Below are positions 44,769 through 55,122 of a stretch of 64,000 nucleotides of DNA, in pieces. A program made the translations under genes and the position numbers. Each line of letters starts with the position of its first letter. Positions within the stretch are counted from its first letter, which is position 1. The stretch is from Candidatus Micrarchaeota archaeon (lineage in GTDB: Archaea > Micrarchaeota > Micrarchaeia > Norongarragalinales > SBBD01). The notes under the pieces were generated by a model that did no database searches, was not told the origin of the DNA, and worked only from the letters and a program-made list of their open reading frames with translations. The stretch spans positions 160,001 to 224,000 of the forward strand of contig JAHJQN010000003.1 in assembly GCA_018819225.1 (NCBI GenBank), given 5' to 3'.

Positions 44769-45662
44769 ATGGTCCAGGAGTTCCGAAAAGAACAGACGAA
44801 AAATATGGTCGTGTTGGTGGCCAGTGGACGCTCCAAACGACCGAGAGTATTTGGAAAAAAAGCGGCGTGTCCGTTCTGTCGCGGCGCCGAGCATACGACT
44901 CCGCCAACCACGTTCGCCCTACCGAATCCCGCGCAATGGAATGTCCGGGCGTTTCGGAATGCGTTCGGGCTCGTGAGCCCTCAAACATATCGTCCCTTTC
45001 GAAACGGACGCGCGCCCGCTTACGGAGAACATGAAGTCATCGTGGAGAACGACGAGCACGGCCGTTACTTTCCCTCGTTTTCATCGCAGGAATTGGCTCG
45101 GGTCTACGAGGCGTACGCCCACCGATACCACGCGCTGAAAAAAAGGAAACACGTCAAACACGTGCTGTTGTTCAAAAACCACGGGCGGAAAGCCGGGGCG
45201 AGCATCGAACACGAACACGCGCAAATCATTTCGCTGCCGTTCGTACCGCAACTCGTCGAAAACGAAACGCGGCATGCCGGTCACTTGATCCGGAAAATCA
45301 AAGAGGAAAAACAAAACGTTGTTTTCGAAAACGATTGGGCGTACGTATGGTGCCCGAGCTTTTCGCGCTTTTCATACGAAATGTGGATCGTGCCAAAAAA
45401 AAACGTGCCCTCCTTAATGGATTACGCCGAACGGGAATCGCGCGTTTTGATGAAGACGCTGCAACAATGCATTCGAAAACTGGAGACGATATCGGATTCG
45501 TACAACGTTCTTTTTTTCGAAAGCCCGAAGCGCACGCCATTGCAGGCACACGTCGAGCTGTTTCCGAGGCGAAGCGATTGGGCCGGGCTCGAACTCGGAG
45601 GAGGCATTATCGTGAACTCGAAAGAACCGCGCGAGGCCGCTAGAGAATTGCGCCGGCTCTGA
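44769..45662 (+). CDS. galT: galactose-1-phosphate uridylyltransferase-like (HIT superfamily)
   Basis: RSKRP, CPFC.G.E, GEHEVIVE, FKNHG..AGASIEHEHAQI, AGLELG. Confidence 0.85.
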   Translation: MVQEFRKEQTKNMVVLVASGRSKRPRVFGKKAACPFCRGAEHTTPPTTFALPNPAQWNVRAFRNAFGLVSPQTYRPFRNGRAPAYGEHEVIVENDEHGRYFPSFSSQELARVYEAYAHRYHALKKRKHVKHVLLFKNHGRKAGASIEHEHAQIISLPFVPQLVENETRHAGHLIRKIKEEKQNVVFENDWAYVWCPSFSRFSYEMWIVPKKNVPSLMDYAERESRVLMKTLQQCIRKLETISDSYNVLFFESPKRTPLQAHVELFPRRSDWAGLELGGGIIVNSKEPREAARELRRL

Positions 45663-45663
45663 T

Positions 45664-46809
45664 TCATGCGGGCAGCCCCGAGAGCCCGAAATATAACGCG
45701 GAATCCGAAACCATCCAGTCCTCGACTTGCGGAGGCGTCGAAATATCCCCCATCGTGCGCAAACTACCGGGGTACGACAGGTTGAGGGTCATGACCTCGA
45801 AAGGCGTCAACGAATTCGCGCCCATCACCACGATCCAATACGTTCCTTTCGGAAGCGTTGAATCCGTCGGGAAACCAAACCGCGCGTCCCCAAAATCGCT
45901 GGGAAGTATCACCATACCGCGACGCGCCTCAAACAATACGCTGCCGGACGGCTTGCCTAAGGCGTCATGCCGTATCTGAACCGTGAATTCGCCTGCCGGA
46001 TTCTCGGAAAGACGGCGCACTCGAAGCACAATGCTCTTGATGCGAACCGTACTCGCCACGTCGAACTTCTGTGCGAGCCGATTGGAGCGGTCGACGCGCA
46101 TGGAAAGCCATTCGTGCGACTCTTGAATCACGCCCAAGGGAAGCACCGAAAGCTCTAATTCGACCTCGTCATTGGAACGGAGTTGGCCTTGAGGCGTGGA
46201 AAGCCTCGCAGTCAATTCATGAACGCCATCCACGTCAGGAGTCCATTTCAACGTCGCCGTGTCCCCGGAATCCAACTGGGAAATCATCATTTCATCGATA
46301 AACCGGTTACCCTCGAATAAGGAAACATTCACCGAATCAATGAATTCGGAGTCTGGACACGTGCCTTCAGCATACCGCACGGGAATTCGGAACGTATGCG
46401 TTTCGGAAAGGCGCAATTCCGAAGGAAGAGGGATGTCGCCGAAAAAGACGTCGGAAGGAATACAGTCCGTCGTAGGGGTTGAGGGCGCGGGCATGCGTTT
46501 CGTCCAAACGTAGTAAGCGCCGAGTTCACCGTACGAGGCGTCATAGAGAGTGAACAAGCGGTTCTTTGAAGGATCTCGGGAGTCTCCGAACACGGGTTCT
46601 CCGGATAACGCACCGGAAAGCAACTCCATTTCCACAAAGCCTTGCACGATGTCAAAGGTATTCGAATACGGAATGCCTTGGTAGAATCCGTCGGAAGGAG
46701 GAGGGGTGGAAGAGACAATGGGAGTCGGAGAAGGCAAGGCGTCGCCCTCGTTCACTAAGCAACCGGAAAGCAAAACAAAAAGCGCGAGGAACAGGATAAC
46801 GAATCGCAT
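45664..46809 (-). CDS. lipoprotein with CARDB/Ig-like domains
   Basis: LLSGC lipobox; beta-rich domains. Confidence 0.65.
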   Translation of the reverse strand: MRFVILFLALFVLLSGCLVNEGDALPSPTPIVSSTPPPSDGFYQGIPYSNTFDIVQGFVEMELLSGALSGEPVFGDSRDPSKNRLFTLYDASYGELGAYYVWTKRMPAPSTPTTDCIPSDVFFGDIPLPSELRLSETHTFRIPVRYAEGTCPDSEFIDSVNVSLFEGNRFIDEMMISQLDSGDTATLKWTPDVDGVHELTARLSTPQGQLRSNDEVELELSVLPLGVIQESHEWLSMRVDRSNRLAQKFDVASTVRIKSIVLRVRRLSENPAGEFTVQIRHDALGKPSGSVLFEARRGMVILPSDFGDARFGFPTDSTLPKGTYWIVVMGANSLTPFEVMTLNLSYPGSLRTMGDISTPPQVEDWMVSDSALYFGLSGLPA

Positions 46810-46865
46810 GAAGGAAAGAGAACGCTGGAGAGAATAAAAGCGTTTATGTAGAAGGAAAAGACTCG

Positions 46866-46922
46866 GGGAAAATAAAAAAAGAAGAAAAAGAAAAAATAAA
46901 GAAAAGGGGCGTTGAGCCCCTT
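46866..46922 (-). terminator. hairpin plus long U-tract terminator of the S-layer gene
   Basis: AAGGGGC-GTTGA-GCCCCTT stem next to a ~35-nt A-rich run (U-rich on the minus strand). Confidence 0.75.
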
Positions 46923-46933
46923 CTTAGGGTTGC

Positions 46934-49519
46934 TTAACCTCTGACGCTGTCACGGTTCGACGCTAACCATCGAACGAGTTCCGTTCCTGCAGCTTGCGTG
47001 TCTGCAGCCGTGTAACCAAGCACGTAAACCTTCGAGCCCATCACTTTCACGATGGGTTCGCTGCCTGGTGCAACGGTGATACCCGCTCTCTGTGCATGCG
47101 AGTTGACAACCGGACCTCCGATTACAACGAGAGATGCCGTGTCGCCAGCCTCCGTGTCAAAGACAACGAGAGGACTGCCTGCCGAGAGTTTCGTAACAAC
47201 TGCCGCGTTCGACACGCTGGGTTTGAGGTTCGAGACGCCCGAGACGGTTCCCGTATTTTCCATTTCCTCGTCTTCGTCTGCCACAGTTTCGTCGACTGCC
47301 GCATCTGCGGTGATCTCCTTCACGAGGATGGAGTATCCGCCACCGATGTCTTGCGAGTCGCCTTCGGACAACGTGTAGTCGGCCTCGTTCGCGGACGCGC
47401 TAATACCAGATTGCGTCAACGTGAACTTGGCGTGCGCCACGGTCGTCGGGTAACTGAACGTAGCCGACGTCGAAGAGATGGCATTGAAGATGCCTCCACG
47501 GTTACTCGTGTAGCCAGGCTCTTTAGCAGCCACAGCCGGAGCCGTCGTGGGAAGGGCATCGACACCCAAACCATTTAGGGAGTCATAGCCTATCTTGTCG
47601 ATCGTCGTCGTTCCGATGGTGTTCACGAACTGGCGGAGCGTGCCGTCATATTGCAGCGTCCAGTGGAAGTTCGAACTCGCAGCGGTTCCCGACACTTGCG
47701 CGGTCGTTCCGTTCGCATCCTCCGTAATTTCGGGGATGAGAATCAGCGTTCCGTTGTGCGTCGCGGTTGCGCTGTCGTTAAAGCTCGTTCCGTTCCACGT
47801 GTTGTTCGTTACCTGAATTCCAGCGCTTTCCGTGCTGCTGTAGTGGTACAGCAAAGCGGTTGCGTTGTTGGCGTTCAGGGCACCACCTGTGGCTGACGTG
47901 TTGGTGATATACCAACCCGTTCCAGAGTCGTAATAGTATACGGTACCCTGGATGCCGCTGGTCGTGTTGAATTCCGACAGTTTAACGTAGACGGAGTCCA
48001 CGTTTTTCTGTAGCTGGAACGCATTGCTCTTTCCAGATTGGATGAGAACGAAGTCCTCAATAACCGCGGTCATATTACCCGTTGCAACTTCCGTGGCAAT
48101 GGGTAGTGTCTGCGATTTCTGGATAGAGAAGGTCAGCGAGTCGTAGTCCACATCCTCCAAGCCGAGGTAGTTGAACTTGAATCCAGCCAATCCCTTGATG
48201 ATGTCAATGGATTCGCCGGGGTTCAACGACGTGGCGATCGGAGTCTTGTAGATTTGGTCGACATCGTTGAAGATCTGGATGCGGGCAATTCCTTCCGAAG
48301 AGCCTACTGAAGCTCCCCAGATCATTGCCTTCCAGTTCTTGTGGCTGTCACCACCCGACACTTCCTGGTTGTGCGTGATGTCCAGTTTGTTGGAGTACAG
48401 CGAGACATCCGCATACGCTTCCTTCGCGAACGCTCCTGGGAACGCACTGTTCACTTTAATGACCAAGTTGTTCGCTTCAGAGACGGTCGTGGAGGTCGCG
48501 TTTTCATCAACGGTGATCTGCTTGATCAAGTTGTCGTTGGAGTCGGTAATGGTGAACGAAACTCGCGGTAACGCGTTAGCTCCATAACCAAATCCTGACA
48601 AGTCGACCAGCGTCACGGTAAATCCGTCCGGCGTGGTTGCCGAATCACCGACGCGCATGATATCCTTATGCTGGATCTCCTTTCCGAGAATGACTTGCGA
48701 CGCACCGGCTCCAGAGGCAGTGACTTCCATAATGGTCCACTTTTCACCCAAGAAGGTGATGCGCACATTGTTCTTCGTGACCTTGTCGTTGTCCGCACAG
48801 TTCGCATAGCTCTTTGAGGTATCCAAGCAGAGGGGGATGGGGTCCGTAAAGATGGCCTCATAACCCGTCTTAGCTTCCTTCGCCTGCAGGCTCTTCGACG
48901 TTTCGTCGTATTGAACCTTCGCGAGAGCATAGACGCGCTGCTCTTCCTTCGTGTTCGTAGAGCCCTTGGAGTAAGCGATTTTTCCATCGCTGGCAAGGTC
49001 TCCATGCGGAGAAAGCACCGGTGTCTTGTCCTTCGTGATGACCTTCGGCCCAACCGGGCTGTTGAACGACGTATTCGTCGTCGAGAAGGACGTGGTCGTA
49101 TTTCTCGTGGTGTCCGGGTTAAAGTCGACGTTGTCGTTCACGTACGCCTGCATGCTGAAAGCAGATGCAGGGTTTACGCCCGGCGTCGTCACGGTCAGCG
49201 TGACCTTCTTGTTAGAGAGATCGCACGAACCGGATCCGCCCGCGCCGCCGTTGCACGATAGCTGGTCGATACCCAAGACCGTTACTGCCTGGTCCTTGTA
49301 CGCAAGGTTTCCGATCATGGCTGCAATGTTAGCTGCAACCACTCCATCGGACGCCGCTGCGTTCGTACCCACCGCGATTTTCACGTTGGGCTCGCCGTTC
49401 GTAAAGAACGGGAAGGAACTCAGACCTGAGTCTACACTAACTGCTCCTGCAAACGCGGCTCCTAGCAAACCCATGCCGCTCGCAATCGCAGCTACTTTTT
49501 TTACGTTCAGGCTTCTCAC
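46934..49519 (-). CDS. S-layer protein (Methanococcales/DPANN type)
   Basis: LNVKKVAAIASG signal; IAVG..AAASDGVVAANIAA N-domain; LVVIGGPVVN...GYTAADT..A C-domain; many N-x-S/T sequons; GAGGTGA SD. Confidence 0.9.
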   Translation of the reverse strand: MRSLNVKKVAAIASGMGLLGAAFAGAVSVDSGLSSFPFFTNGEPNVKIAVGTNAAASDGVVAANIAAMIGNLAYKDQAVTVLGIDQLSCNGGAGGSGSCDLSNKKVTLTVTTPGVNPASAFSMQAYVNDNVDFNPDTTRNTTTSFSTTNTSFNSPVGPKVITKDKTPVLSPHGDLASDGKIAYSKGSTNTKEEQRVYALAKVQYDETSKSLQAKEAKTGYEAIFTDPIPLCLDTSKSYANCADNDKVTKNNVRITFLGEKWTIMEVTASGAGASQVILGKEIQHKDIMRVGDSATTPDGFTVTLVDLSGFGYGANALPRVSFTITDSNDNLIKQITVDENATSTTVSEANNLVIKVNSAFPGAFAKEAYADVSLYSNKLDITHNQEVSGGDSHKNWKAMIWGASVGSSEGIARIQIFNDVDQIYKTPIATSLNPGESIDIIKGLAGFKFNYLGLEDVDYDSLTFSIQKSQTLPIATEVATGNMTAVIEDFVLIQSGKSNAFQLQKNVDSVYVKLSEFNTTSGIQGTVYYYDSGTGWYITNTSATGGALNANNATALLYHYSSTESAGIQVTNNTWNGTSFNDSATATHNGTLILIPEITEDANGTTAQVSGTAASSNFHWTLQYDGTLRQFVNTIGTTTIDKIGYDSLNGLGVDALPTTAPAVAAKEPGYTSNRGGIFNAISSTSATFSYPTTVAHAKFTLTQSGISASANEADYTLSEGDSQDIGGGYSILVKEITADAAVDETVADEDEEMENTGTVSGVSNLKPSVSNAAVVTKLSAGSPLVVFDTEAGDTASLVVIGGPVVNSHAQRAGITVAPGSEPIVKVMGSKVYVLGYTAADTQAAGTELVRWLASNRDSVRG

Positions 49520-50101
49520 AAAATCTCACCTCGAGATTCATGTTGCTGAAGACCCTATTTTTCAAAGATCTTCTCCGTCACTTTCCGCTTCACCGATGCG
49601 GGAGGCACCCGTGCTGTGAGCGTAACAAAACTTTCCACTCAAAAAGCGTTGCGTCATCAAAACCAACACATGCCTATTATTCGCATAACGCTTTTCTGCA
49701 GCACATAAAAAAATGAATTTCCTGCAGAGAGTGGGTGCATCTTGCTCCGCGCGTAGCAGATGGTTTTTCTCCCCTATTTAAACATTTCCTTTGCTCCCTG
49801 TCAATTGACGAAAAGGGATATCCGTAGAGACGTAAACCTGTCTCTTTTTCAGGAATTCTCCCTCTAAAAACCTAATTTTTATTAATTTCGGCTTTCGTCG
49901 ATTACGGGGTTTAAGCAAAAGCAAAAATAGCGAGAAAACAAACCCGAATAGCATACGTAACTAAAGGTTAATAAGCACGAGGAAAATGCCATAATGCAGC
50001 ACGTGCTGCATTTTGAAATAAGTAAAGCAAAAACGAGAAAAAAAGGGGTTCAAATATTAGAGGGGCGAACGGCTCCGGCACTAGTGCATCAGGTGATGCA
50101 T

Positions 50102-50275
50102 TTAGAAGTATCCGAATGCAATAGCCACTAACACCGATACCGCCAACAACTCCAGCACCAAGAACACTTTAAGCCGGTGGCTCATGAATGCCCGGCCTCC
50201 GCTTGGAGCAGCGTAGGAATCGGCGCGTTGATGTTGAATGCGGGCTTTCCGGACGGATTTTTTGCGTTTTTTCAT
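50102..50275 (-). CDS. small tail-anchored membrane protein
   Basis: Basic N-terminus and C-terminal TM; GGTGA SD. Confidence 0.5.
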   Translation of the reverse strand: MKKRKKSVRKARIQHQRADSYAAPSGGRAFMSHRLKVFLVLELLAVSVLVAIAFGYF

Positions 50276-50291
50276 GGGGGTTTTCACCTTT

Positions 50292-50534
50292 TCATCCTTT
50301 TTCAATGAATGCGAACGTATCCCGCGCAATCTTCACATCGCGCAACAACGAGGTCGCGCGGGCGCGGAGGGCGGCAAAAGAATGGGATTCGATACGGCAA
50401 TATATAGCTTTCGGGTTTTTAGGCGCTGCTTTCACGCTTAAAACCACTTTACTGCTCTGGTCGCTCTTAATGACTTGGAGCGCGTGCTTCGCGTGCTTCG
50501 CACTCGAAAACTCTATCTCAAACGAGGCATTCAT
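50292..50534 (-). CDS. pcc1: KEOPS complex subunit Pcc1
   Basis: 80 aa; C-terminal IES.SF.ALRA..TSLLR.VKIA pattern. Confidence 0.75.
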   Translation of the reverse strand: MNASFEIEFSSAKHAKHALQVIKSDQSSKVVLSVKAAPKNPKAIYCRIESHSFAALRARATSLLRDVKIARDTFAFIEKG

Positions 50535-51727
50535 TACGGATTACCTCTTCGGCAGAACATCGGGTCGTTGTTGTTGCCCATAACGGTATTGTTGGTGCAT
50601 CCTTGAATGTCGGAAGGACAATCGTTTTCGTTGCAACCGCCGGTCACATCCCCGCACAAGTAAAACGCACAATTTCCATACCCAGTCAAATCATTGTCCT
50701 GGAACCAATTATCGTTCGTTAGACCCACCGCATCCAAATAAACGCCGAATTGCGTGTTGTCGGTCAAGGCGTTCGCTTGAACCCAAGCGCTGTCCGCCTT
50801 CCAGAACTTAATCCCAAAGGCATTCGTTGAAATGTCGTTGGCTAGAAGTCGTAGGCCGGTGCACGTATCGCACTGAACCCCTATATCACTCGCCGTAATG
50901 GTATTCACAAGAAGCTCTGCGTTGGTCGCCCCTGATTTGATAAGAAAACCGATACCGGCTCCCGCGTTAGTGCAACCGGAGAACTGGTTTCCCGTTGCGG
51001 TGAGATCAGGGGTATTATCAATAGAAGAGCACGTTGGAACATTTTGAACCGTGTTAGAAATCAAATCCATTTGGTTATTTCCGTCGACGAAGATTCCTTC
51101 GTTTCCCGACCCGCCTCCATCAATCGCATTACCTTCCACTCGCGCGTTCGTGCCGCCCGTCACGTCGATTCCGGCAAGAGAAAATGAATTCAACGTATTA
51201 CTGATTACGTAACTATTGTCCACGTTGACAACGGATACGTCGACATTAAAACCTTCAATCGTGCAACCCCGTATAGTCATCGAATCCCCGATCTGGGCAC
51301 GAACTCCATAGGATCCGGCGGCGCCATTCGAAATCGTGTGACCGGTACAATCAAGTTCCACATTCGTTCCTTGCAGCGTAATGCACGAAGACGAGGTTCC
51401 TGATCCGTCAAAAGCGATGTTCCGTGTTAACACATAGCGTACATCGTCCGCCCAATAATCGCCATCTGCCATCTCGCAATCTAATAGTTCCACGGGAGTC
51501 GGCGGCTGGGCTGGAGGGGATACCTCGAAAAAATCAGACGGAACCGCGGAACCGTTCGGTGCCTGTGGAATGTAATCCAGAAACTCTTCCACTTCCTGAG
51601 ACGTCAAATCGATCTCGTTCTCCGCGCTACCCAACAAGTTCGTGCGCGTCACCATGAACACGAGAACGATAAACAGCATCGCTCCTCCGATCAAGAACAC
51701 GTACTCTAAAGCGGTTTGGGCCTTCAT
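50534..51727 (-). CDS. class III signal-peptide protein with right-handed parallel beta-helix
   Basis: MKAQTALEY plus TM; CITL...NVELDC.GH.I and repeated GI...N.I turns (NosD/CASH-like). Confidence 0.8.
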   Translation of the reverse strand: MKAQTALEYVFLIGGAMLFIVLVFMVTRTNLLGSAENEIDLTSQEVEEFLDYIPQAPNGSAVPSDFFEVSPPAQPPTPVELLDCEMADGDYWADDVRYVLTRNIAFDGSGTSSSCITLQGTNVELDCTGHTISNGAAGSYGVRAQIGDSMTIRGCTIEGFNVDVSVVNVDNSYVISNTLNSFSLAGIDVTGGTNARVEGNAIDGGGSGNEGIFVDGNNQMDLISNTVQNVPTCSSIDNTPDLTATGNQFSGCTNAGAGIGFLIKSGATNAELLVNTITASDIGVQCDTCTGLRLLANDISTNAFGIKFWKADSAWVQANALTDNTQFGVYLDAVGLTNDNWFQDNDLTGYGNCAFYLCGDVTGGCNENDCPSDIQGCTNNTVMGNNNDPMFCRRGNP

Positions 51728-53757
51728 GCGGACACGTTCACCTTTTTCTTGACCTCAATGTCTTCCTTGCAATTCGGACACGCGTACACGAAGTGATCGG
51801 GGTGCGGCTTGATTTTTGGACTACAGTTCGCGCACAAGCCTTTACCGCAATACGGGCAGAAAATGATGCGCGAGTTTTGCGCGTGACACGTCGGACACCC
51901 CATGGATTTGTTGGCCTCCATTTTCACGAACGCGATATCCGATTCTTTCTTATCGGCCATCCCGCGCAATTGTTGAAATACTTCCGACTGCTTTTCCCTT
52001 GCTTTTTCCTCCTTCTTTTCAGGCAACAGATCTTCAAACGAGAGCTTGGCCGCGGGCTCTGTGGCTGCGGCCTTCTCCTTCGACGGCGCGTTCACCGACA
52101 GTTTATTCCTCAAGCCTCCTTTGCGCTCCGAGTCCTTGAGCTGCGAGTAAACATCCGAGACGATACTATCGAAGTTTTCACTGCGGGCCGTTTCCCGATT
52201 CGCGATCACGCTGACGTCATCCGAGTCCGTACCTTGAGAGGACATGTATCGACGGCGCACCATTTTCGGAGCCGTTTTTTCGGGCGCTCCGGACACGAGG
52301 GCGTCCGCCATTTCGTCTTCCTCGGTCGGCGGCGCCGGTTCATGGCGCTCGGAATACATGCGGCGCGGTCCGTGAACCGTCATGATGATATCGTCCGAGG
52401 AATGCGGCTCCGGATTTTCTTGGGCATTCGGAGACTCTTGAGAATCGTCCGCCGTGATTTCGCGTAATTGTCCGGTGCGCGTGCGTTCGGTCTTGCTGGA
52501 CTTTCCTCCTTCTGGTTTCAACGGGATGACGCTCGGTTCCATGATTTCCTTGTACGAGGTTTGGATGGGCTCGACGCGCGTCTTCTGTTTCTTGGCGCGT
52601 TCTTCTTCCACGACACGCGTGATCGTCGCCAGATGGCCCCCGGATTCTTGCGGGTGCGGCGTCTTCGGTGCAGCAGAAAGTTCTTTGCGCGGCAAGGGCC
52701 CCATTCCGTGCAACCGCAACGGTTCTTTGGAAGGCGCTTTCAGGATCGTCAACGGTTTTTCCACTAATTTCTTCGGTTTTGATTTCGTTTGAAGCATGGA
52801 AAACAAACCGGTCAGCATCCCGCCTTTTTTCGGTTCAATATAGGATTCTTCTTGCTTGAGTTTCAAAATGATTTGTCTTCGTTTGGCTTCTTTATCTAAC
52901 GGTTTTTGTTCCCGGGGAGGAAGCACGTCCTGCGTTCGAGCAGGTGGGAGGAGAGCGTGATTCGGAACGATTTTTTCAGGAACGGGTTTCGCGCGTTCGG
53001 CGGGATGGGAAGGCGCGGGAGATGCGGGTGGGACTTGCTCGGGCGGCTTGGATTCGGAAACGCTTTCCTTTTGAACGCGTTTCAGGCGCTCCGCCGGAGA
53101 CATCCGTTGAAGTTCCTTTTCTTTTTCAGATGGTTTTTGGGGTTGGACGGGTTTGAAGGAGTCGGTGCGCATGACGCGCGTCAGATCCAAATCCAATGGC
53201 GTTTCGGGAGAGGGTTCGGGTTCTTTGCGTTGAACGGGTTTCGCGATAGCCGGCGCAGCCGGATGAAGCGGCGCGACGGGAGATGATGCATGCACGGGTT
53301 TCGTCTCGCGTTCTTTGCGATAACGCAGTTCGGGTTTATGCGATTCGTGCGAATCCGATGCCGGTTTGGATTCGTGATGCGCCGGTTCGGATTCGCGGTG
53401 CTGGGGAACGAATGCAATCGATGACGAGGCCATGGGAATGCCCACCGTCAAAAAATTGCTTTGAAAAATCAAAAAATAGAGTTTGAGTACGCCGAACGCG
53501 CCAATGATGAGGAGAAAGAACACCAGGGGAAAGAGCCCTTGGCGCGTCACCACGTCCGCACTGTTGTATACGTAGTCGACGATGAATGCGGCAATGGCGA
53601 TCAGGAAACCGGATATGGCGGAAACCCCCATCTTCAGGTTCAAGTCGAACAAGCGCACTTCGGGGTAGGTGAGTCGTAATAAGAGGTAGCCTAAGGCCAC
53701 GGAACCCAACGCAAAGTACGCGTAGTACGCTATAGACCACCCCGACAGATCGGCCAT
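51724..53757 (-). CDS. membrane protein with long Pro/charged disordered region and C-terminal 8-Cys Zn-binding domain
   Basis: Three N-terminal TMs; CPTC...CPYC...CANC...CPNC. Confidence 0.75.
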   Translation of the reverse strand: MADLSGWSIAYYAYFALGSVALGYLLLRLTYPEVRLFDLNLKMGVSAISGFLIAIAAFIVDYVYNSADVVTRQGLFPLVFFLLIIGAFGVLKLYFLIFQSNFLTVGIPMASSSIAFVPQHRESEPAHHESKPASDSHESHKPELRYRKERETKPVHASSPVAPLHPAAPAIAKPVQRKEPEPSPETPLDLDLTRVMRTDSFKPVQPQKPSEKEKELQRMSPAERLKRVQKESVSESKPPEQVPPASPAPSHPAERAKPVPEKIVPNHALLPPARTQDVLPPREQKPLDKEAKRRQIILKLKQEESYIEPKKGGMLTGLFSMLQTKSKPKKLVEKPLTILKAPSKEPLRLHGMGPLPRKELSAAPKTPHPQESGGHLATITRVVEEERAKKQKTRVEPIQTSYKEIMEPSVIPLKPEGGKSSKTERTRTGQLREITADDSQESPNAQENPEPHSSDDIIMTVHGPRRMYSERHEPAPPTEEDEMADALVSGAPEKTAPKMVRRRYMSSQGTDSDDVSVIANRETARSENFDSIVSDVYSQLKDSERKGGLRNKLSVNAPSKEKAAATEPAAKLSFEDLLPEKKEEKAREKQSEVFQQLRGMADKKESDIAFVKMEANKSMGCPTCHAQNSRIIFCPYCGKGLCANCSPKIKPHPDHFVYACPNCKEDIEVKKKVNVSA

Positions 53758-53820
53758 ACGAATGCAAGAGCCGGAAGTATATTTAAGGTTGGCGATGCTA
53801 GAACGTGCGAGGGGTATTGC

Positions 53821-55116
53821 ATGGAATTCCAGCCGATTGCGTCTTTACTTCACGAGAGTCAACATGAAAAAAAGGTGCGCGTGCGCGGTTGGGTGCACCG
53901 CAAGCGCTCCTCCGGCGGTGTTGCGTTTATTGTCATCCGCGATGCCAGCGGCATCATTCAAGTAGCCGTCAAGAAAGACCGCGTATCCGATGAATCCATG
54001 CGAGCAGCTGAAGAAGCGCTCATGGAAGCGCATGTTGAAACCGAAGGCATTGTTCAAAAAGACCGCCGGGCACCCGGAGGCTTTGAAATGCGTGCGTTGG
54101 ATTTCCGTATACGGCATTCCGCCAAACCGTTTCCGATTAGTCGAGACAAAAGCACGGAATTCTTGTTGGATATACGGCATTTATGGATCCGCAGCCAGCA
54201 ACAGACGCACGTCATGAAAGTGAAGGCGCAGATGCTGGAAAGCATTCGCCTCCTCTTCAAAAAGAAAGGGTACTTCGAGACCACGCCGCCCATCATCGTC
54301 AGCGGCGCGTGCGAAGGGGGAAGCACCTTGTTTACGTTCGATTATTTCGGGAAAAAAGCCTTTCTTTCGCAGAGCGCGCAGTTGTATTTGGAAGCGCTCA
54401 TTTACTCGTTGGAGAAAGTCTATGCCATCACCCCTTCGTTTCGCGCGGAAAAAAGTCGTACGGTGCGCCATCTCGCCGAGTATTGGCACGTGGAAGGCGA
54501 GGAGGCGTACATGGACTTGGACGGCTTGTTGAAATTCGAGGAAGAACTCGTTACGTTTGTATGCCACGATCTGGCGAAGAAGAGCAGCGAAGAATTGCGT
54601 GCATTGGGCCGCGATCCCGCGGAATTACTGAAAGTAAAAACTCCGTTCAAGCGCTTGCGTTATAATGACGCGGTCGAATTACTGCGTGAGAAAGGCAGTC
54701 ACATCAAGGAGGGGCATGATTTGGGTGCCGAAGAAGAACGATTATTGACGGAAAAGGAAGCCCAGCCCATTTTTGTCACGCATTTTCCGAAGAAAATCAA
54801 GGCGTTTTACATGAGTGAAGACCCGGAGGACTCGAAAACCGTGTTATGCAATGACTGCCTTGCCCCTGAAGGATATGGGGAAATCATTGGGGGATCGCAG
54901 CGCGAAGACGACGTGAAAAAACTGGAGGCGCGCCTTCGAACGGAAGGCCAAAACCCGAATAACTACGAGTGGTATCTTGATCTGCGACGGTACGGGTCCG
55001 TCCCCCATTCCGGATTCGGTTTGGGCGCCGAACGATTGCTGCGTTGGATTGCGAAATTGGAGCACATTCGAGATACCGTACCGTTCCCGCGCGTCATTAA
55101 CCGCAGCTATCCTTGA
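53821..55116 (+). CDS. asnS: asparagine--tRNA ligase
   Basis: RGWVHRKR, RHLWIRS, ACEGGSTLF, FRAEKSRTVRHLAEYW, YGSVPHSGFGLG.ER. Confidence 0.95.
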   Translation: MEFQPIASLLHESQHEKKVRVRGWVHRKRSSGGVAFIVIRDASGIIQVAVKKDRVSDESMRAAEEALMEAHVETEGIVQKDRRAPGGFEMRALDFRIRHSAKPFPISRDKSTEFLLDIRHLWIRSQQQTHVMKVKAQMLESIRLLFKKKGYFETTPPIIVSGACEGGSTLFTFDYFGKKAFLSQSAQLYLEALIYSLEKVYAITPSFRAEKSRTVRHLAEYWHVEGEEAYMDLDGLLKFEEELVTFVCHDLAKKSSEELRALGRDPAELLKVKTPFKRLRYNDAVELLREKGSHIKEGHDLGAEEERLLTEKEAQPIFVTHFPKKIKAFYMSEDPEDSKTVLCNDCLAPEGYGEIIGGSQREDDVKKLEARLRTEGQNPNNYEWYLDLRRYGSVPHSGFGLGAERLLRWIAKLEHIRDTVPFPRVINRSYP

Positions 55117-55122
55117 AGGGAC

